Shown here: positions 9,549-19,085 of the stretch, one piece after another
Numbering within the stretch: the stretch's first letter is position 1
Layout: every line of letters starts with the position of its first letter
Source: a virus
Lineage: Duplodnaviria > Caudoviricetes
DNA length: 64,000 bases
Direction: 5' to 3' (one strand)
IMG/VR virus record: IMGVR_UViG_3300028805_000046
Location: 1 to 64,000 of that record
The notes under the pieces: generated by a model
Databases searched by the model: none
What the model saw: only the letters and a program-made list of their open reading frames with translations
What the model was told of the DNA's origin: nothing
Translations under genes and position numbers: made by a program

Positions 9549-9550
9549 AA

Positions 9551-9868
9551 ATGAAAAGCGTAAAATTTGAATATTCAGAAACAGATAAGATCACTGGACA
9601 GGTCACTGTTCATAAGAAAATCGGATATCTCACTGGAGTTTCTCTCCGGACAAGATACATTGACGAAAATACCCTCTTTGAAGATGTTTACATCTCAATC
9701 AATAATGTAGACTACAAGTTGTCATCACTTTCAAGTCTTAAAATTGCCGGAATTGACGTTTCTGATGATAAAGGATATGTAAAACTTTCCGATGGATTCT
9801 CAAATCGCATATCTCCAATGGATTTTTTGGCGTATGCGGACAAAGAATGGATTGTCTCACATAACTAG
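9551..9868 (+). CDS. hypothetical protein
   Basis: AGGAG RBS, 105 aa. Confidence 0.6.
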   Translation: MKSVKFEYSETDKITGQVTVHKKIGYLTGVSLRTRYIDENTLFEDVYISINNVDYKLSSLSSLKIAGIDVSDDKGYVKLSDGFSNRISPMDFLAYADKEWIVSHN

Positions 9869-9894
9869 GAAACATTTTAAAGTTTTTCTACTTG

Positions 9895-9929
9895 ACGGGG
9901 TTGCCACCAACCCCGTTTTTTGTTATATT
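9895..9929 (+). promoter_or_regulatory. terminator hairpin overlapping promoter TTGCCA-N17-TATATT
   Basis: ACGGGGTTG/CAACCCCGT stem + T tract; -35 at 9901, -10 at 9924. Confidence 0.7.
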
Positions 9930-9958
9930 TACTACGTAAACAAAACAATGGAAATCAA

Positions 9959-10156
9959 ATGGAAACACAAACAAGATCGCCCGCCCCGCTTGGAGAAATG
10001 ATAGCGAATTTTCCGCTTGAGGCACTTCGCCGAGCTGTCGTGGACATTGACCGCCGAGAATCTGATAAGGTGGTCACTCATGAAACGCTTCTTGCTGCGG
10101 AAGCAGAAACGAAACTTGAAGAAGTTTCAGACAAAATCATCCAAGACAATCTTTAA
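9959..10156 (+). CDS. hypothetical protein
   Basis: Start reassigned to ATG 9959, downstream of the promoter. Confidence 0.5.
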   Translation: METQTRSPAPLGEMIANFPLEALRRAVVDIDRRESDKVVTHETLLAAEAETKLEEVSDKIIQDNL

Positions 10157-10183
10157 CTTAAATCCTTCCAAAGGAGCCAACTT

Positions 10184-10495
10184 ATGAACCAGCATAATCT
10201 CATAATTTTCATCGCATTCGTCATCGGATTTGCGGTTGGTGCTGTCTGTGTTTTAACTGACGCTGAAAAAGAAAAACATCAGGCAGTTGAACAAGCAGTT
10301 AAAAAATATAAAGAAGACGTTGAGAAAGTACATAATCTTGTCTTCGAGCGCATGAAGAACTACGAAGATCTTTGGCTTGCTTGCGATGCAAAGTACACTG
10401 CTTGCATGTTACGAGGAACTTCTGCATTAAACGCAAAGGATTCTGCGCTGGCAGCTCTTAAGAAAGAAAAGGCAAAACAACTCCCGAGGAAATAA
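10184..10495 (+). CDS. membrane-anchored coiled-coil protein
   Basis: N-terminal TM followed by a helical segment; AAGGAG RBS. Confidence 0.6.
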   Translation: MNQHNLIIFIAFVIGFAVGAVCVLTDAEKEKHQAVEQAVKKYKEDVEKVHNLVFERMKNYEDLWLACDAKYTACMLRGTSALNAKDSALAALKKEKAKQLPRK

Positions 10496-10497
10496 TA

Positions 10498-10950
10498 ATG
10501 CAGTACGGAAAAATGTACAAAAACTTCTGCAAGATTCGTCAGAAAGATGAGTCTCGCAAGCCTAACTCCCCTAAGTACACCGTTCATCACATTCATTTAA
10601 GATCTATGGGCGGTGCTGACACTGCTGAAAACAAGGTCTTGCTTACTCCTAAGGAACATTACATTGCCCACCGTCTTTTTGCGCATTCTTATAAGAAGAA
10701 ACATCCTGAAGTCTGTTTCTTGCTTGACAAGTTCGCTGGCGGCATGAAAGGCCAAGGCTCTCCTAAGCTTGCTGATCTTAACTTTTATGTCAACATCATC
10801 ATCAATGCTAAGAAGAGCGGCGCTAAGCTGAAACAGTTTGACGATGTCGTCACTTTGATTAAGTCAGAAACTCTCAAGCTTCTTGCATTGCCTGTCAAAA
10901 ACAAATCTGTAATAGACGCAGCACTTGGCGCTTTGTCCTTGCTTAAGTAA
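10498..10950 (+). CDS. HNH endonuclease (homing-type)
   Basis: YTVHHIHLRSMGG.D..ENKVLLTPKEHYIAH. Confidence 0.8.
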   Translation: MQYGKMYKNFCKIRQKDESRKPNSPKYTVHHIHLRSMGGADTAENKVLLTPKEHYIAHRLFAHSYKKKHPEVCFLLDKFAGGMKGQGSPKLADLNFYVNIIINAKKSGAKLKQFDDVVTLIKSETLKLLALPVKNKSVIDAALGALSLLK

Positions 10951-10984
10951 CGGAAAAATTTTTTCAAAAAACTGGAAAAATCTA

Positions 10985-11013
10985 TTGACGGCCCAGTTAA
11001 AATTTTTTAAATT
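10985..11013 (+). promoter_or_regulatory. promoter TTGACG-N17-TAAATT
   Basis: Canonical spacing upstream of the SPFH gene. Confidence 0.7.
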
Positions 11014-11067
11014 TTCTACGTCAATAAAATTCAACTAAAAACACAAACCTCAAACAAAGGAAGTTAA

Positions 11068-12345
11068 ATGACTAAAGGTCAAATCACTCTGGTAATTCTC
11101 GCAGCTATCGTCATCGCTCTTGTCGTTGGCTGGAAATCATTGGTTGGGTACAACGAATCCACGCAGATTCTTGTCACTCAGTCACCGCTCGGAACGATGT
11201 CTTGCGTTTCTGAGCCGGGCTTCTATTTCAAGGCGTTCGCTTCCGTCTATCCGTATGACCGTGCTAAGTCTTTCTACTTCAACTCCTCAACTGAAAAGGT
11301 CAAGGGCGAAGGCTGGGAAGGCGATGACACTGACGAAGATGATGTTGATGTAACGCTTTCTCGAAATGCAGGCGCAAAGATGGCGGGATACGTCTTGTAC
11401 GAAATTCCGACTGATTGCGAAAAGTTGATTGCCTTGCATCGAGTTTACGGTTCTTCAAAGAACATTAAGCACAACCTCGTCCGAAATGAAGTCCTATCAG
11501 CTGTCCGAAAGACTGCGCCACTTTACACCGCAGAAGAGGCTAAGGTCACTAAGTTCGCTGAAATGAACCGAATGTTCAATGACCAGGTGGTAGAAGGCGA
11601 ATATCTTACACAGACAAACGTCATTAAGGAACCGACTGGCACTGATGAAGTTGATTCTGCAGGTAAGGTGATTAAGAAGGCAGAATATCAAGAATACACA
11701 ATTACCAAACTCAAGCTTGACTCTCTCGGCCGCCGTATCATTCTTAAGCCGTCCGCTTTGACCAAGGCAGGTATCAATATCTCCCAGTGCGTCATTCAGA
11801 AGGTTCAGCTTGACCCGACTGCTCAGAAACAGTTGGACGTTGTGAAGAGCCGAGAAATGGAAAGAGTGTCTAAGGCTACTGAAGCAGAAGCTGCTAAGCA
11901 GGAAGCAATTACCGCTCGTGAAAAAGGAAAGGCTGATGTCGCTCGTGAACAGGCACAACAGTTGGTTGAGAAGATCAAGGCAACTACCATCGCTGAAAAG
12001 GATAAGGAAGTTGCAGTGCTAAAGGCTCAGAAGGAATTTGAAGTTGCACAATACGAAGCAAAGAAGGCAAATGAAGTTGCTAAGAAGATCAAGGCAGAAT
12101 CTGAAGCAAAGGCTGCTGCTAACCGTGCATTGGTATCTGCAGGTTTGACTCCGCAGGAAAGAGCCGAATGGGATTACAAGACTAAGGTCGGCGTTGCTGA
12201 AGCACTTGCTAAGTCCTCACATCCGCTTGTTCCAGAAATCATGATGACTGGCAACGGCGAAGGAAAGAATGGCGCAAGCAACGCTATGGACGCTGTTGGT
12301 CTTAACATGCTTATGGACTTGACCAGCAAGCTTTCCAACAAGTAA
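11068..12345 (+). CDS. SPFH/band-7 (prohibitin/flotillin-like) membrane protein
   Basis: N-terminal TM, PGFYFK, long AE/AK-rich coiled coil. Confidence 0.8.
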   Translation: MTKGQITLVILAAIVIALVVGWKSLVGYNESTQILVTQSPLGTMSCVSEPGFYFKAFASVYPYDRAKSFYFNSSTEKVKGEGWEGDDTDEDDVDVTLSRNAGAKMAGYVLYEIPTDCEKLIALHRVYGSSKNIKHNLVRNEVLSAVRKTAPLYTAEEAKVTKFAEMNRMFNDQVVEGEYLTQTNVIKEPTGTDEVDSAGKVIKKAEYQEYTITKLKLDSLGRRIILKPSALTKAGINISQCVIQKVQLDPTAQKQLDVVKSREMERVSKATEAEAAKQEAITAREKGKADVAREQAQQLVEKIKATTIAEKDKEVAVLKAQKEFEVAQYEAKKANEVAKKIKAESEAKAAANRALVSAGLTPQERAEWDYKTKVGVAEALAKSSHPLVPEIMMTGNGEGKNGASNAMDAVGLNMLMDLTSKLSNK

Positions 12346-12365
12346 ATCAATTTGCTTAACCTCCT

Positions 12366-12392
12366 AAGGCGGGCAGTTTTGCCCGCCTTTCT
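12366..12392 (+). terminator. intrinsic terminator
   Basis: AAGGCGGGCA/TGCCCGCCTT stem. Confidence 0.75.
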
Positions 12393-12425
12393 TTATATCA
12401 ACTTTAACCAAAGGAAACACAAAAC

Positions 12426-12758
12426 ATGCTTACCGTACTTCTTGTCATCAGTGTTTGTTATCAATTTGCTAGCTGTGGTTATGATCTTCTTAAGCTGTTT
12501 TCAGATGATTCTGAATATACCCCAGGTGTCTGTGCAGTTGCGTTCTTGATAAATCTTACTTTGGCAGTTCTTTCTTGTGTTGCGGTAAGTCTTGGCGGAA
12601 CCTTTGCATTCGTACTTGGTATTATCTTTGCGGTATTGTCGTTCTTCGGCGTTTTTATTAAGATCCTTGGCGGAACCGATAGCTGCTTTAATGTACTGAA
12701 TCTTCTCTACAGTCTTGTTATGATGGTCTTGTTTATCATCGCCGTCTGTATCGTATAG
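12426..12758 (+). CDS. multi-pass membrane protein
   Basis: About four hydrophobic helices. Confidence 0.65.
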   Translation: MLTVLLVISVCYQFASCGYDLLKLFSDDSEYTPGVCAVAFLINLTLAVLSCVAVSLGGTFAFVLGIIFAVLSFFGVFIKILGGTDSCFNVLNLLYSLVMMVLFIIAVCIV

Positions 12759-12768
12759 GAGCTGAAAA

Positions 12769-13116
12769 ATGAAAACTCTCTCAATCTTACTTCTATTTGC
12801 TGTTTCGTCAGCGTTTGCTTTTGCGCCGTGTGGCTGTAAGTCATCGCATACTAATAAGATCGCACATCCGAATACTCCAGCACCGTTAGTCTATAAGGAA
12901 CTTCCTTATCGTTTTCTTGACAAGTCTGAACCGATCGTCCTTGTGGAAAACAAGCCTCAAGTAAAGATGATTGAACATATTCAGGAAGTTGAAGAGACTG
13001 AAGAACCAGTTCCTGAAGAAACGGATTTTGAAACATGCATCAAGCAATGCGTTACGGAAAATACAACATCATCTTTCATTGAGTTCTGCATTAAGGAAAA
13101 GTGCAGTAAGGAGTAA
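12769..13116 (+). CDS. secreted protein with C-terminal 4-Cys domain
   Basis: Signal peptide (SSAFA); TDFETCIKQC...FIEFCIKEKC. Confidence 0.7.
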   Translation: MKTLSILLLFAVSSAFAFAPCGCKSSHTNKIAHPNTPAPLVYKELPYRFLDKSEPIVLVENKPQVKMIEHIQEVEETEEPVPEETDFETCIKQCVTENTTSSFIEFCIKEKCSKE

Positions 13117-13118
13117 AC

Positions 13119-13361
13119 ATGGACCCGGCTTCACTTGAGTGGCGACTTTCTCCAGTAAACCCGCAGTCAAATTACCATCCAATAAACCGAACAAAAGCTC
13201 TTACATCATCGCATGATGAACAGCACTGTGAGATGGTGCAGAAACCGATCTGGACTGAAGAAGATCTTTATGTCCAGCATAAGATGGAACAGTGTGTTTT
13301 TGTAACATTTATCATTGCTTCTATTCTTGGTATCTTACTTTTACTTTACAAAAGGAAATAA
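13119..13361 (+). CDS. small membrane protein
   Basis: C-terminal TM helix; AAGGAG RBS. Confidence 0.55.
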   Translation: MDPASLEWRLSPVNPQSNYHPINRTKALTSSHDEQHCEMVQKPIWTEEDLYVQHKMEQCVFVTFIIASILGILLLLYKRK

Positions 13362-13363
13362 AC

Positions 13364-13855
13364 ATGAAGAAAGGATTTACTTTAGTTGAACTTATGGTCG
13401 TGATTATCATTATGGGCATATTATCAGCCGTAGCTGTCCCGAAGTTATTCACAATGGCATGTGAATCTAAAGGCGACCAATGCCGCACACAGTCTCCAGA
13501 AATCTATAAAGAGTTCTGTCAGGCAAAGCCAGAAAAGTGTGATAATGAATTTCTGATTTCCATGTGCACAACTGATCCTACTAGCTGCATGAGAAATGGA
13601 GCGAGGGCGTGGAATCTTGCACAAGTACTTAAGGCACAGAAAAGACAGCTTGCTGCAAAAAAGAGACAGCAAGAAGCTCCTAAGCCGGCGCCTGCACCTA
13701 AAACAGTTGATACAGTTGTCGTTATTCAAGAAGAGCCTAAGCACTTAATTGACGATGCGCAGACAGACTTCGTGGAATGCATAAAGAAATGTACACGAGA
13801 AAATTCAGCAGAAAGTCTTGTTGATTTCTGCATTAAAGAAAACTGCAAGGAGTAA
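13364..13855 (+). CDS. type IV pilin/pseudopilin-like protein
   Basis: Class III signal MKKG|FTLVELMVVIIIMGILSAVAVPKLF; Cys-rich C-terminus; start reassigned to 13364. Confidence 0.85.
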   Translation: MKKGFTLVELMVVIIIMGILSAVAVPKLFTMACESKGDQCRTQSPEIYKEFCQAKPEKCDNEFLISMCTTDPTSCMRNGARAWNLAQVLKAQKRQLAAKKRQQEAPKPAPAPKTVDTVVVIQEEPKHLIDDAQTDFVECIKKCTRENSAESLVDFCIKENCKE

Positions 13856-13857
13856 AT

Positions 13858-14301
13858 ATGATAGAGAAAATCACATTAGCACTGGTCGTCGTTCTTTTCA
13901 TCTCTCTTACGCTGACCAAGAATCAGGTGGACAATCTGGCGGATCATTATCTTACAAAGCAAGAATTTGAAAAGAGAATGCCGCTAGTCGTTCATGACAC
14001 AAACACTGTCATTCGTTATGAAGATCGTTTCATTCATGACACGATTAGAACCACCAAGACAGAATATGTTGAGACGGCGACATTAAATGGTAAGTTTCAG
14101 GAATTTTCAAATGAAGAGTATGATGAAACGCTCACTGTCAGCTTTGAGACTGAAGACCATCTTATGGACATACCAACAAAGCATGTCTTAATTCAATGCA
14201 GCGGCAAACTCGTTGAAGATGAAGATGGGGATCCTAACACTTGTGTAGGCGAATGGATCATACGTGTTAAGGAAGAGATTGATGATGAAACCAGCAACTA
14301 A
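13858..14301 (+). CDS. membrane-anchored protein
   Basis: N-terminal TM; xHDT repeats. Confidence 0.6.
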   Translation: MIEKITLALVVVLFISLTLTKNQVDNLADHYLTKQEFEKRMPLVVHDTNTVIRYEDRFIHDTIRTTKTEYVETATLNGKFQEFSNEEYDETLTVSFETEDHLMDIPTKHVLIQCSGKLVEDEDGDPNTCVGEWIIRVKEEIDDETSN

Positions 14302-14482
14302 ATGTTCTCTCACAAAGATCTTCTATATCTTTCTGACCGTTACAGGAAACATGCTTTTCTGGGGATTTCCTCACAACCTGTTCTTGTCAATCGTCGGACT
14401 TATTTTTGGCGGTGCCTTGCTGGGATATATAGTAGGTGACTGGGCAAATATGAAATTAGAAAGAGGAGATTTTGGAGAATGA
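14282..14482 (+). CDS. small two-TM membrane protein
   Basis: Hydrophobicity pattern. Confidence 0.5.
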   Translation: MMKPATKCSLTKIFYIFLTVTGNMLFWGFPHNLFLSIVGLIFGGALLGYIVGDWANMKLERGDFGE

Positions 14483-14766
14483 AAACACTGTTTATGACAC
14501 TTGCACTTTGTCTTTTGATTAGTTGTGGTGATGAAATTACTTCTGTCCCACAGCAACCCGAAAAGACTTGCATTTCTTACAACCTTTCGTTGCATTGTAA
14601 GACTATGCCTCCTGTCGCTGCTAACACAAGTACAAGCGAGTACTTCAATGTCAGCCAGGAAGATCTAGACAAGATGAGAGCAGATGTTGAAAGAATCAAC
14701 GAAATTGGACTTACTGAATGCAGCATTGACAACTTATCTTGTGCTATGTATGAAGGAGACGAGTAA
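14479..14766 (+). CDS. lipoprotein
   Basis: Signal peptide with lipobox LIS-C. Confidence 0.7.
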   Translation: MKTLFMTLALCLLISCGDEITSVPQQPEKTCISYNLSLHCKTMPPVAANTSTSEYFNVSQEDLDKMRADVERINEIGLTECSIDNLSCAMYEGDE

Positions 14767-15389
14767 TGACAGACAATGGAATGGAAGGATGGGTCTTGGA
14801 CAATAAATCTCAACTTGTTGCTAATCCCGGGCCGGGTCTTAACGGAAACGGCTTAGTCGTTTCAGACGGAACTGATTCAAGACGACTTACTGTTAATGAT
14901 CTTTACAACAATTTCGGACGAAATGAACTTGAGTCGGATCTTGTGAAGTACATTGCAGCAAGTCCGTTCAGAATTCTTTACATTGAAGGTTCTGCTGACG
15001 TATTTGACTTGAAGCATGACGCTGATAAGAATCGTGCTGTCATCTTAGAGGTCATCAAAGAAAACATGCATAAAGAATATTGCATTGTGAATCTTCCAGG
15101 CCACGGCAGTCCTGCTGCTGTTAAGACTTGCCGTGTTGCCACGAAAGATATGGCGCCGACAGGCATTGAATTACAGTACATGCTTGACTCTTTGGTGTTA
15201 AACTTCTTAGGTCACACTTACCGAGTAAACTTCGAGAAGACTCTTACTGAAGAAGAGTTTAAGAAGGAAATTAAGAATGTCGTTGATCTTATCAACCAAA
15301 TGCTAGAAAGCAAAGAGAAGCTTAAAGCCGCTGAAGACAATGAGCTGAAAAAACTTTCTATTACTCTTTCGGGAATGAAATATAAATAA
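14766..15389 (+). CDS. hypothetical protein
   Basis: 207-aa ORF, translationally coupled. Confidence 0.65.
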   Translation: MTDNGMEGWVLDNKSQLVANPGPGLNGNGLVVSDGTDSRRLTVNDLYNNFGRNELESDLVKYIAASPFRILYIEGSADVFDLKHDADKNRAVILEVIKENMHKEYCIVNLPGHGSPAAVKTCRVATKDMAPTGIELQYMLDSLVLNFLGHTYRVNFEKTLTEEEFKKEIKNVVDLINQMLESKEKLKAAEDNELKKLSITLSGMKYK

Positions 15390-15409
15390 CAATAGAAAGA
15401 GGTTTTAAT

Positions 15410-15847
15410 ATGAAGATGACTATCATTTTTAAAGATGGCAATTCCCTTGATGATTGCATGAGTGGTCTTATTTCGGAATTTGACTTTGTCGCAACTGAAG
15501 AGACCGGCGTATTTTCTAATGGTGATGGATTGAGCATTTATGGCACTGACAACACACTTCATCTCGATGGCGAAGATGACGCTGTCAATGCTCTGTTTAA
15601 TGATAACATTCTTCCGGCTTACAATGATTACATCGTAAAGGCACTTGTCGCTGAGCATTACTCCTCTCCTACTCCTGCCCGTGGTAATCTTTGCGAGGCA
15701 TTCCGTGCTATGAGAAAGAACGGACTCAAGCAGCATTTGCTTGGTGAAGCTCTTGAGATCTTGAAGCAGAATGGCGCTGAAATCAAGAACCCTGAGAAGG
15801 CGTTCGGCCTTTCGCAACTCTTTGCTCAGAGAAGAATCCAACGATAG
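15410..15847 (+). CDS. hypothetical protein with leader-like repeats near the C-terminus
   Basis: LCEAFRAMRKNG and LGEALEILKQNGA resemble the 1.6-3.4 kb leader. Confidence 0.6.
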   Translation: MKMTIIFKDGNSLDDCMSGLISEFDFVATEETGVFSNGDGLSIYGTDNTLHLDGEDDAVNALFNDNILPAYNDYIVKALVAEHYSSPTPARGNLCEAFRAMRKNGLKQHLLGEALEILKQNGAEIKNPEKAFGLSQLFAQRRIQR

Positions 15848-15870
15848 TCGCTTCGGAAAAAATTTTTTGA

Positions 15871-15897
15871 ACCACGCTGTAAAAGGCGTGGTTTTTT
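15871..15897 (+). terminator. intrinsic terminator followed by TATATT
   Basis: ACCACGC/GCGTGGT stem + T tract + GTTATATTT. Confidence 0.75.
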
Positions 15898-15969
15898 GTT
15901 ATATTTTGAAAAACTTCGGTAACCTAAACTTTGTAAATATTATGAAAATTCAAACAGTAAGAGGAAATA

Positions 15970-16260
15970 ATGGGAACATTATGCTGGATATTTGGAGTTG
16001 TAGGAGCCGTCGCTTTTGCTATAAACTTACTTCCACAGTTAATCAAGTGCTATAAAGAAAAATCTGCAGAACAAATAAGTGTCGGTTTTTTGATCTTAGC
16101 TTTCATGGGAAATATCTGCTCAGCAGTCTTCGTATTCTATACGAATTACATGACTGGACTTTGGCAGTATCCCATCTTCTTTAACTATGGGGTCGCCACA
16201 ATCTTAACAACAATACTTTCCATAATGAAGTGGAAATACAACAAAAGGAAAAAACAATGA
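15970..16260 (+). CDS. PQ-loop (SemiSWEET-like) membrane protein
   Basis: LLPQLIK..K.KSA.QIS motif, three TM helices. Confidence 0.8.
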   Translation: MGTLCWIFGVVGAVAFAINLLPQLIKCYKEKSAEQISVGFLILAFMGNICSAVFVFYTNYMTGLWQYPIFFNYGVATILTTILSIMKWKYNKRKKQ

Positions 16261-16661
16261 TAGTATTCATTCCCTGGATAATGATGTTCTTCGCCGCATA
16301 CTTAGTCTTTACCGGCGTGGCAATCCAACACATCAACGATGACATGAAGTGGTCAGAAATTCTGCTCATGCCGTGGAGAAAAATCCTTGATTTGCTTGGG
16401 TGGTATAAAGAAGAAAAGAAGAAAGGACTTCGCCTCGTTCAGGATATGAACGGTCTTTTCATTATTCAATCGTTTAGAGATACACTTACATGGAAGATAG
16501 TTTGGTACACCAGCGATGAACAGGTTGCTTATGAAACATACAACAGAATGGCTGAAGAGTACAAGACAAAGAAAGAAGAAACGATTAAGGCCGCTGCTGT
16601 TGCATTAAAGATCAAGAAAGCCAAAAAGAATGCTGGAAAGATTCAGAAGATTTTACGCTAG
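16257..16661 (+). CDS. membrane-anchored hypothetical protein
   Basis: N-terminal TM. Confidence 0.55.
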   Translation: MIVFIPWIMMFFAAYLVFTGVAIQHINDDMKWSEILLMPWRKILDLLGWYKEEKKKGLRLVQDMNGLFIIQSFRDTLTWKIVWYTSDEQVAYETYNRMAEEYKTKKEETIKAAAVALKIKKAKKNAGKIQKILR

Positions 16662-16666
16662 GAGAA

Positions 16667-17203
16667 ATGATGGAAAACTTTAAAGTTGAAATTTTGAAAC
16701 ATCCTACTGATGAAGACTGGAAGTGGGTCAAGCTGCTTGCTTTCAACACAATGGGTCAGCAGTTCTTGATGGACAAAGACTTATCATTGGCATTGAAGAA
16801 AAAGTACTTGAAGTCAGAACACTCGCCGATTCGTTACCTTCAGTTCATCATTAAGCTAGATGGTATTCCTTACTGCAACTCTGTTCACTTTACCCGTCAC
16901 AAGTACGGTGTTGAGCACTTCGTCTCCTCGCAGAGAAATGATCGTCAAGACAAGTATGATAGAAAGAAGGCTCCTCAAGATGCTCCGGTCTCGCATATTA
17001 TGTGGGTAAATGCTCAAGAACTGATGTTCATGGCAAGAAAACGCCTTTGCGGCAAGGCAGACATTGATACACAGAAAATTATGCGTGCTATCGTCAAAGA
17101 AGTTCTGAAGACGAACCCAGAATTTGAAGATGTTCTCGTGCCGCAATGTCAATACCAACACGAATGTCCTGAATTTTTCCCGTGTGGAAGATATAAAGGA
17201 TAA
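16667..17203 (+). CDS. thyX: FAD-dependent thymidylate synthase
   Basis: SEHSPIR, HFTRH..., SQR, VNAQEL, RKRLC, PQC. Confidence 0.85.
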   Translation: MMENFKVEILKHPTDEDWKWVKLLAFNTMGQQFLMDKDLSLALKKKYLKSEHSPIRYLQFIIKLDGIPYCNSVHFTRHKYGVEHFVSSQRNDRQDKYDRKKAPQDAPVSHIMWVNAQELMFMARKRLCGKADIDTQKIMRAIVKEVLKTNPEFEDVLVPQCQYQHECPEFFPCGRYKG

Positions 17204-17206
17204 AGA

Positions 17207-17232
17207 AAACGGTTGCTTTTTAGCAACCGTTT
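17207..17232. terminator. bidirectional terminator between convergent genes
   Basis: AAACGGTTGCT/AGCAACCGTTT inverted repeat. Confidence 0.75.
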
Positions 17233-17238
17233 ATGATA

Positions 17239-17712
17239 TTATGCGTTCTTCTTTATTGTGATTGTGAACAGATTTTTCTTGATGTTGTCAAGATCATCGC
17301 CGCCCCAATGCTCAGGACTGGATGCAAACCACTCGATGCACTTATCAGCGACTCCGGCCTTGAAACGAGAATATCCAGCCTCACGAACGCCGCCTCTGAA
17401 GAAGTCATCGCATTCTTCTCTACTGAACTTACCGTAGCAGCCTCTGTTAGAATACAAGCAGTCATGAATAATTGCAGCGCAGTTATAAGTCATATTCTTC
17501 TTGTCCCACTTAGGTAGGAACCAGGTAAAAGCTGCCGGAACGCTAGCGCCATCAGTGCGGAAACCTTTCTTGAGCTTAAGAGTAAGTGTATACTCTTGGT
17601 CGCCTTTCTTATAGATAGCGGTTATGACACTGTCAGCGGTAAAAGTCCAGATTTTGTCCTTTGAAGAAGTAATAATATCGTTGAACACAATTTTTCTCAA
17701 TGTTACAGACAT
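17239..17712 (-). CDS. DUF1353-like protein
   Basis: GFRTDGASVP, AAIIHDCLY, REECDDFF; AGGAGG RBS on the minus strand. Confidence 0.8.
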   Translation of the reverse strand: MSVTLRKIVFNDIITSSKDKIWTFTADSVITAIYKKGDQEYTLTLKLKKGFRTDGASVPAAFTWFLPKWDKKNMTYNCAAIIHDCLYSNRGCYGKFSREECDDFFRGGVREAGYSRFKAGVADKCIEWFASSPEHWGGDDLDNIKKNLFTITIKKNA

Positions 17713-17758
17713 AATAATACCTCCTATTGTATTTATCTTTAGAGCGGATTTTATGACC

Positions 17759-17766
17759 TATAAATA
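17759..17766 (+). promoter_or_regulatory. T4-type late promoter TATAAATA
   Basis: Exact match 28 nt upstream of the glycosyltransferase start. Confidence 0.6.
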
Positions 17767-17793
17767 CATTGACATTTTAAATGATAGGTAAAT

Positions 17794-19041
17794 ATGAATA
17801 TTCTAATCACTAAGTTCATGGCGGCTCGTTTCAACTCCTTTTCGGATGTTGAAAGAATGTATGGCGGATGCGACGTAAACTCTCTCATGTGGAAAAAGAT
17901 TGCTGAAGCATACCCGGAACATACATTCTACTATGCCGGGGCCTCTGATCTTTCTAAATCCAATACAGATATCCCGCAAAATTTAAAAGACCTCTACACA
18001 CCTATTAAGGCGTTTGCGAAGGCCAATGGATATGATCCTTCTGGCAAAGATCCTCAGCCAGGACATAAGCCTTTCTATCAGGCAGCCGTTGACTACTGTA
18101 AGCAAAATGACATGAAGTTTGACCTTGCTTTGTACTTGTATGACCAGACGTTTACGATTTGCCATTGGGCAGACGGATACATCTCAGAAGTCAAGGGAAC
18201 GCCTTTGAAGACTCTTGTTTCACAAAGGTCAATGGCGCATACCCTCGTTCTTGCAAATGATCTCAACATCCCTCTATATCTTATGGTCATTGACCCTCGT
18301 CAAATCAATAAGATAGTTGGCGATATGAAACCGCCTGTAAAGATCTTTGGACAATGCAACACGACTGACCGCACAAAGTACTACGTCAACCTAAAAGACA
18401 AGGAAGTTAAAGAAGTTCCTATGGTCTATTCAGGAATTGAACGCTTCTTCCTTCTCGGTAAAGAACGTGTTGACTTCTCTAACCCCGACGATATTAACCC
18501 AAATTTCTTTGAGTCGTATAAGAAAGACAATGAATTCGTAATGACGCTTAACGGCTCTTTGTTCCGTCTTGAGTACATCAGAAAGTGGCTCTTCCCGTTC
18601 CGTCCAAAGCAAAAAGTCTTTGGTAAGTGGGACTGGGGTAAGTTGGCAGAAAAGGTTCATGCTTATGGCCTTGACAAGAATTTTGTGAAAAAGGGCATGA
18701 CCGAGATGGAAGATGTTATGTGGAGAACGAAGTTCACATTTGTCGTTCCTGCTGATAAGACAACTACTAACTTTGTCACTCAGAAGGTCTATTCTATGCT
18801 TTACTACGGCATCATTCCTTTCTGGGACAAGAACGCTTATGATACAGACAACTACTATAAAGACATTCCTGACTATGTAAAGGTTGAAACTCCTGAGGAA
18901 TTGTGGGAGAAAATTGACTTTCTCAACAAGAACCCGGAAGAATACAAGAAGCTCTTGAAGCAATGCTATGATGCTCTCAAGCCTAAGTATTTTACGACCG
19001 AGTACATTCATGAAGTCTTTGACTGCATCTTGAAGAAATAA
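17794..19041 (+). CDS. putative DNA (hmC) glycosyltransferase, GT-B/beta-glucosyltransferase-like
   Basis: N-terminal K....F......GG motif, PEHTFYYAG.SD, DPR, FGKW, FVTQK.Y.ML.YGIIPF, YD, V.TPEELWEKI; heads a sugar operon next to the polymerase. Confidence 0.65.
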   Translation: MNILITKFMAARFNSFSDVERMYGGCDVNSLMWKKIAEAYPEHTFYYAGASDLSKSNTDIPQNLKDLYTPIKAFAKANGYDPSGKDPQPGHKPFYQAAVDYCKQNDMKFDLALYLYDQTFTICHWADGYISEVKGTPLKTLVSQRSMAHTLVLANDLNIPLYLMVIDPRQINKIVGDMKPPVKIFGQCNTTDRTKYYVNLKDKEVKEVPMVYSGIERFFLLGKERVDFSNPDDINPNFFESYKKDNEFVMTLNGSLFRLEYIRKWLFPFRPKQKVFGKWDWGKLAEKVHAYGLDKNFVKKGMTEMEDVMWRTKFTFVVPADKTTTNFVTQKVYSMLYYGIIPFWDKNAYDTDNYYKDIPDYVKVETPEELWEKIDFLNKNPEEYKKLLKQCYDALKPKYFTTEYIHEVFDCILKK

Positions 19042-19085
19042 AATTACACAAAGCAAAAACCCGAAAAAGTTATTATATTTTGACT

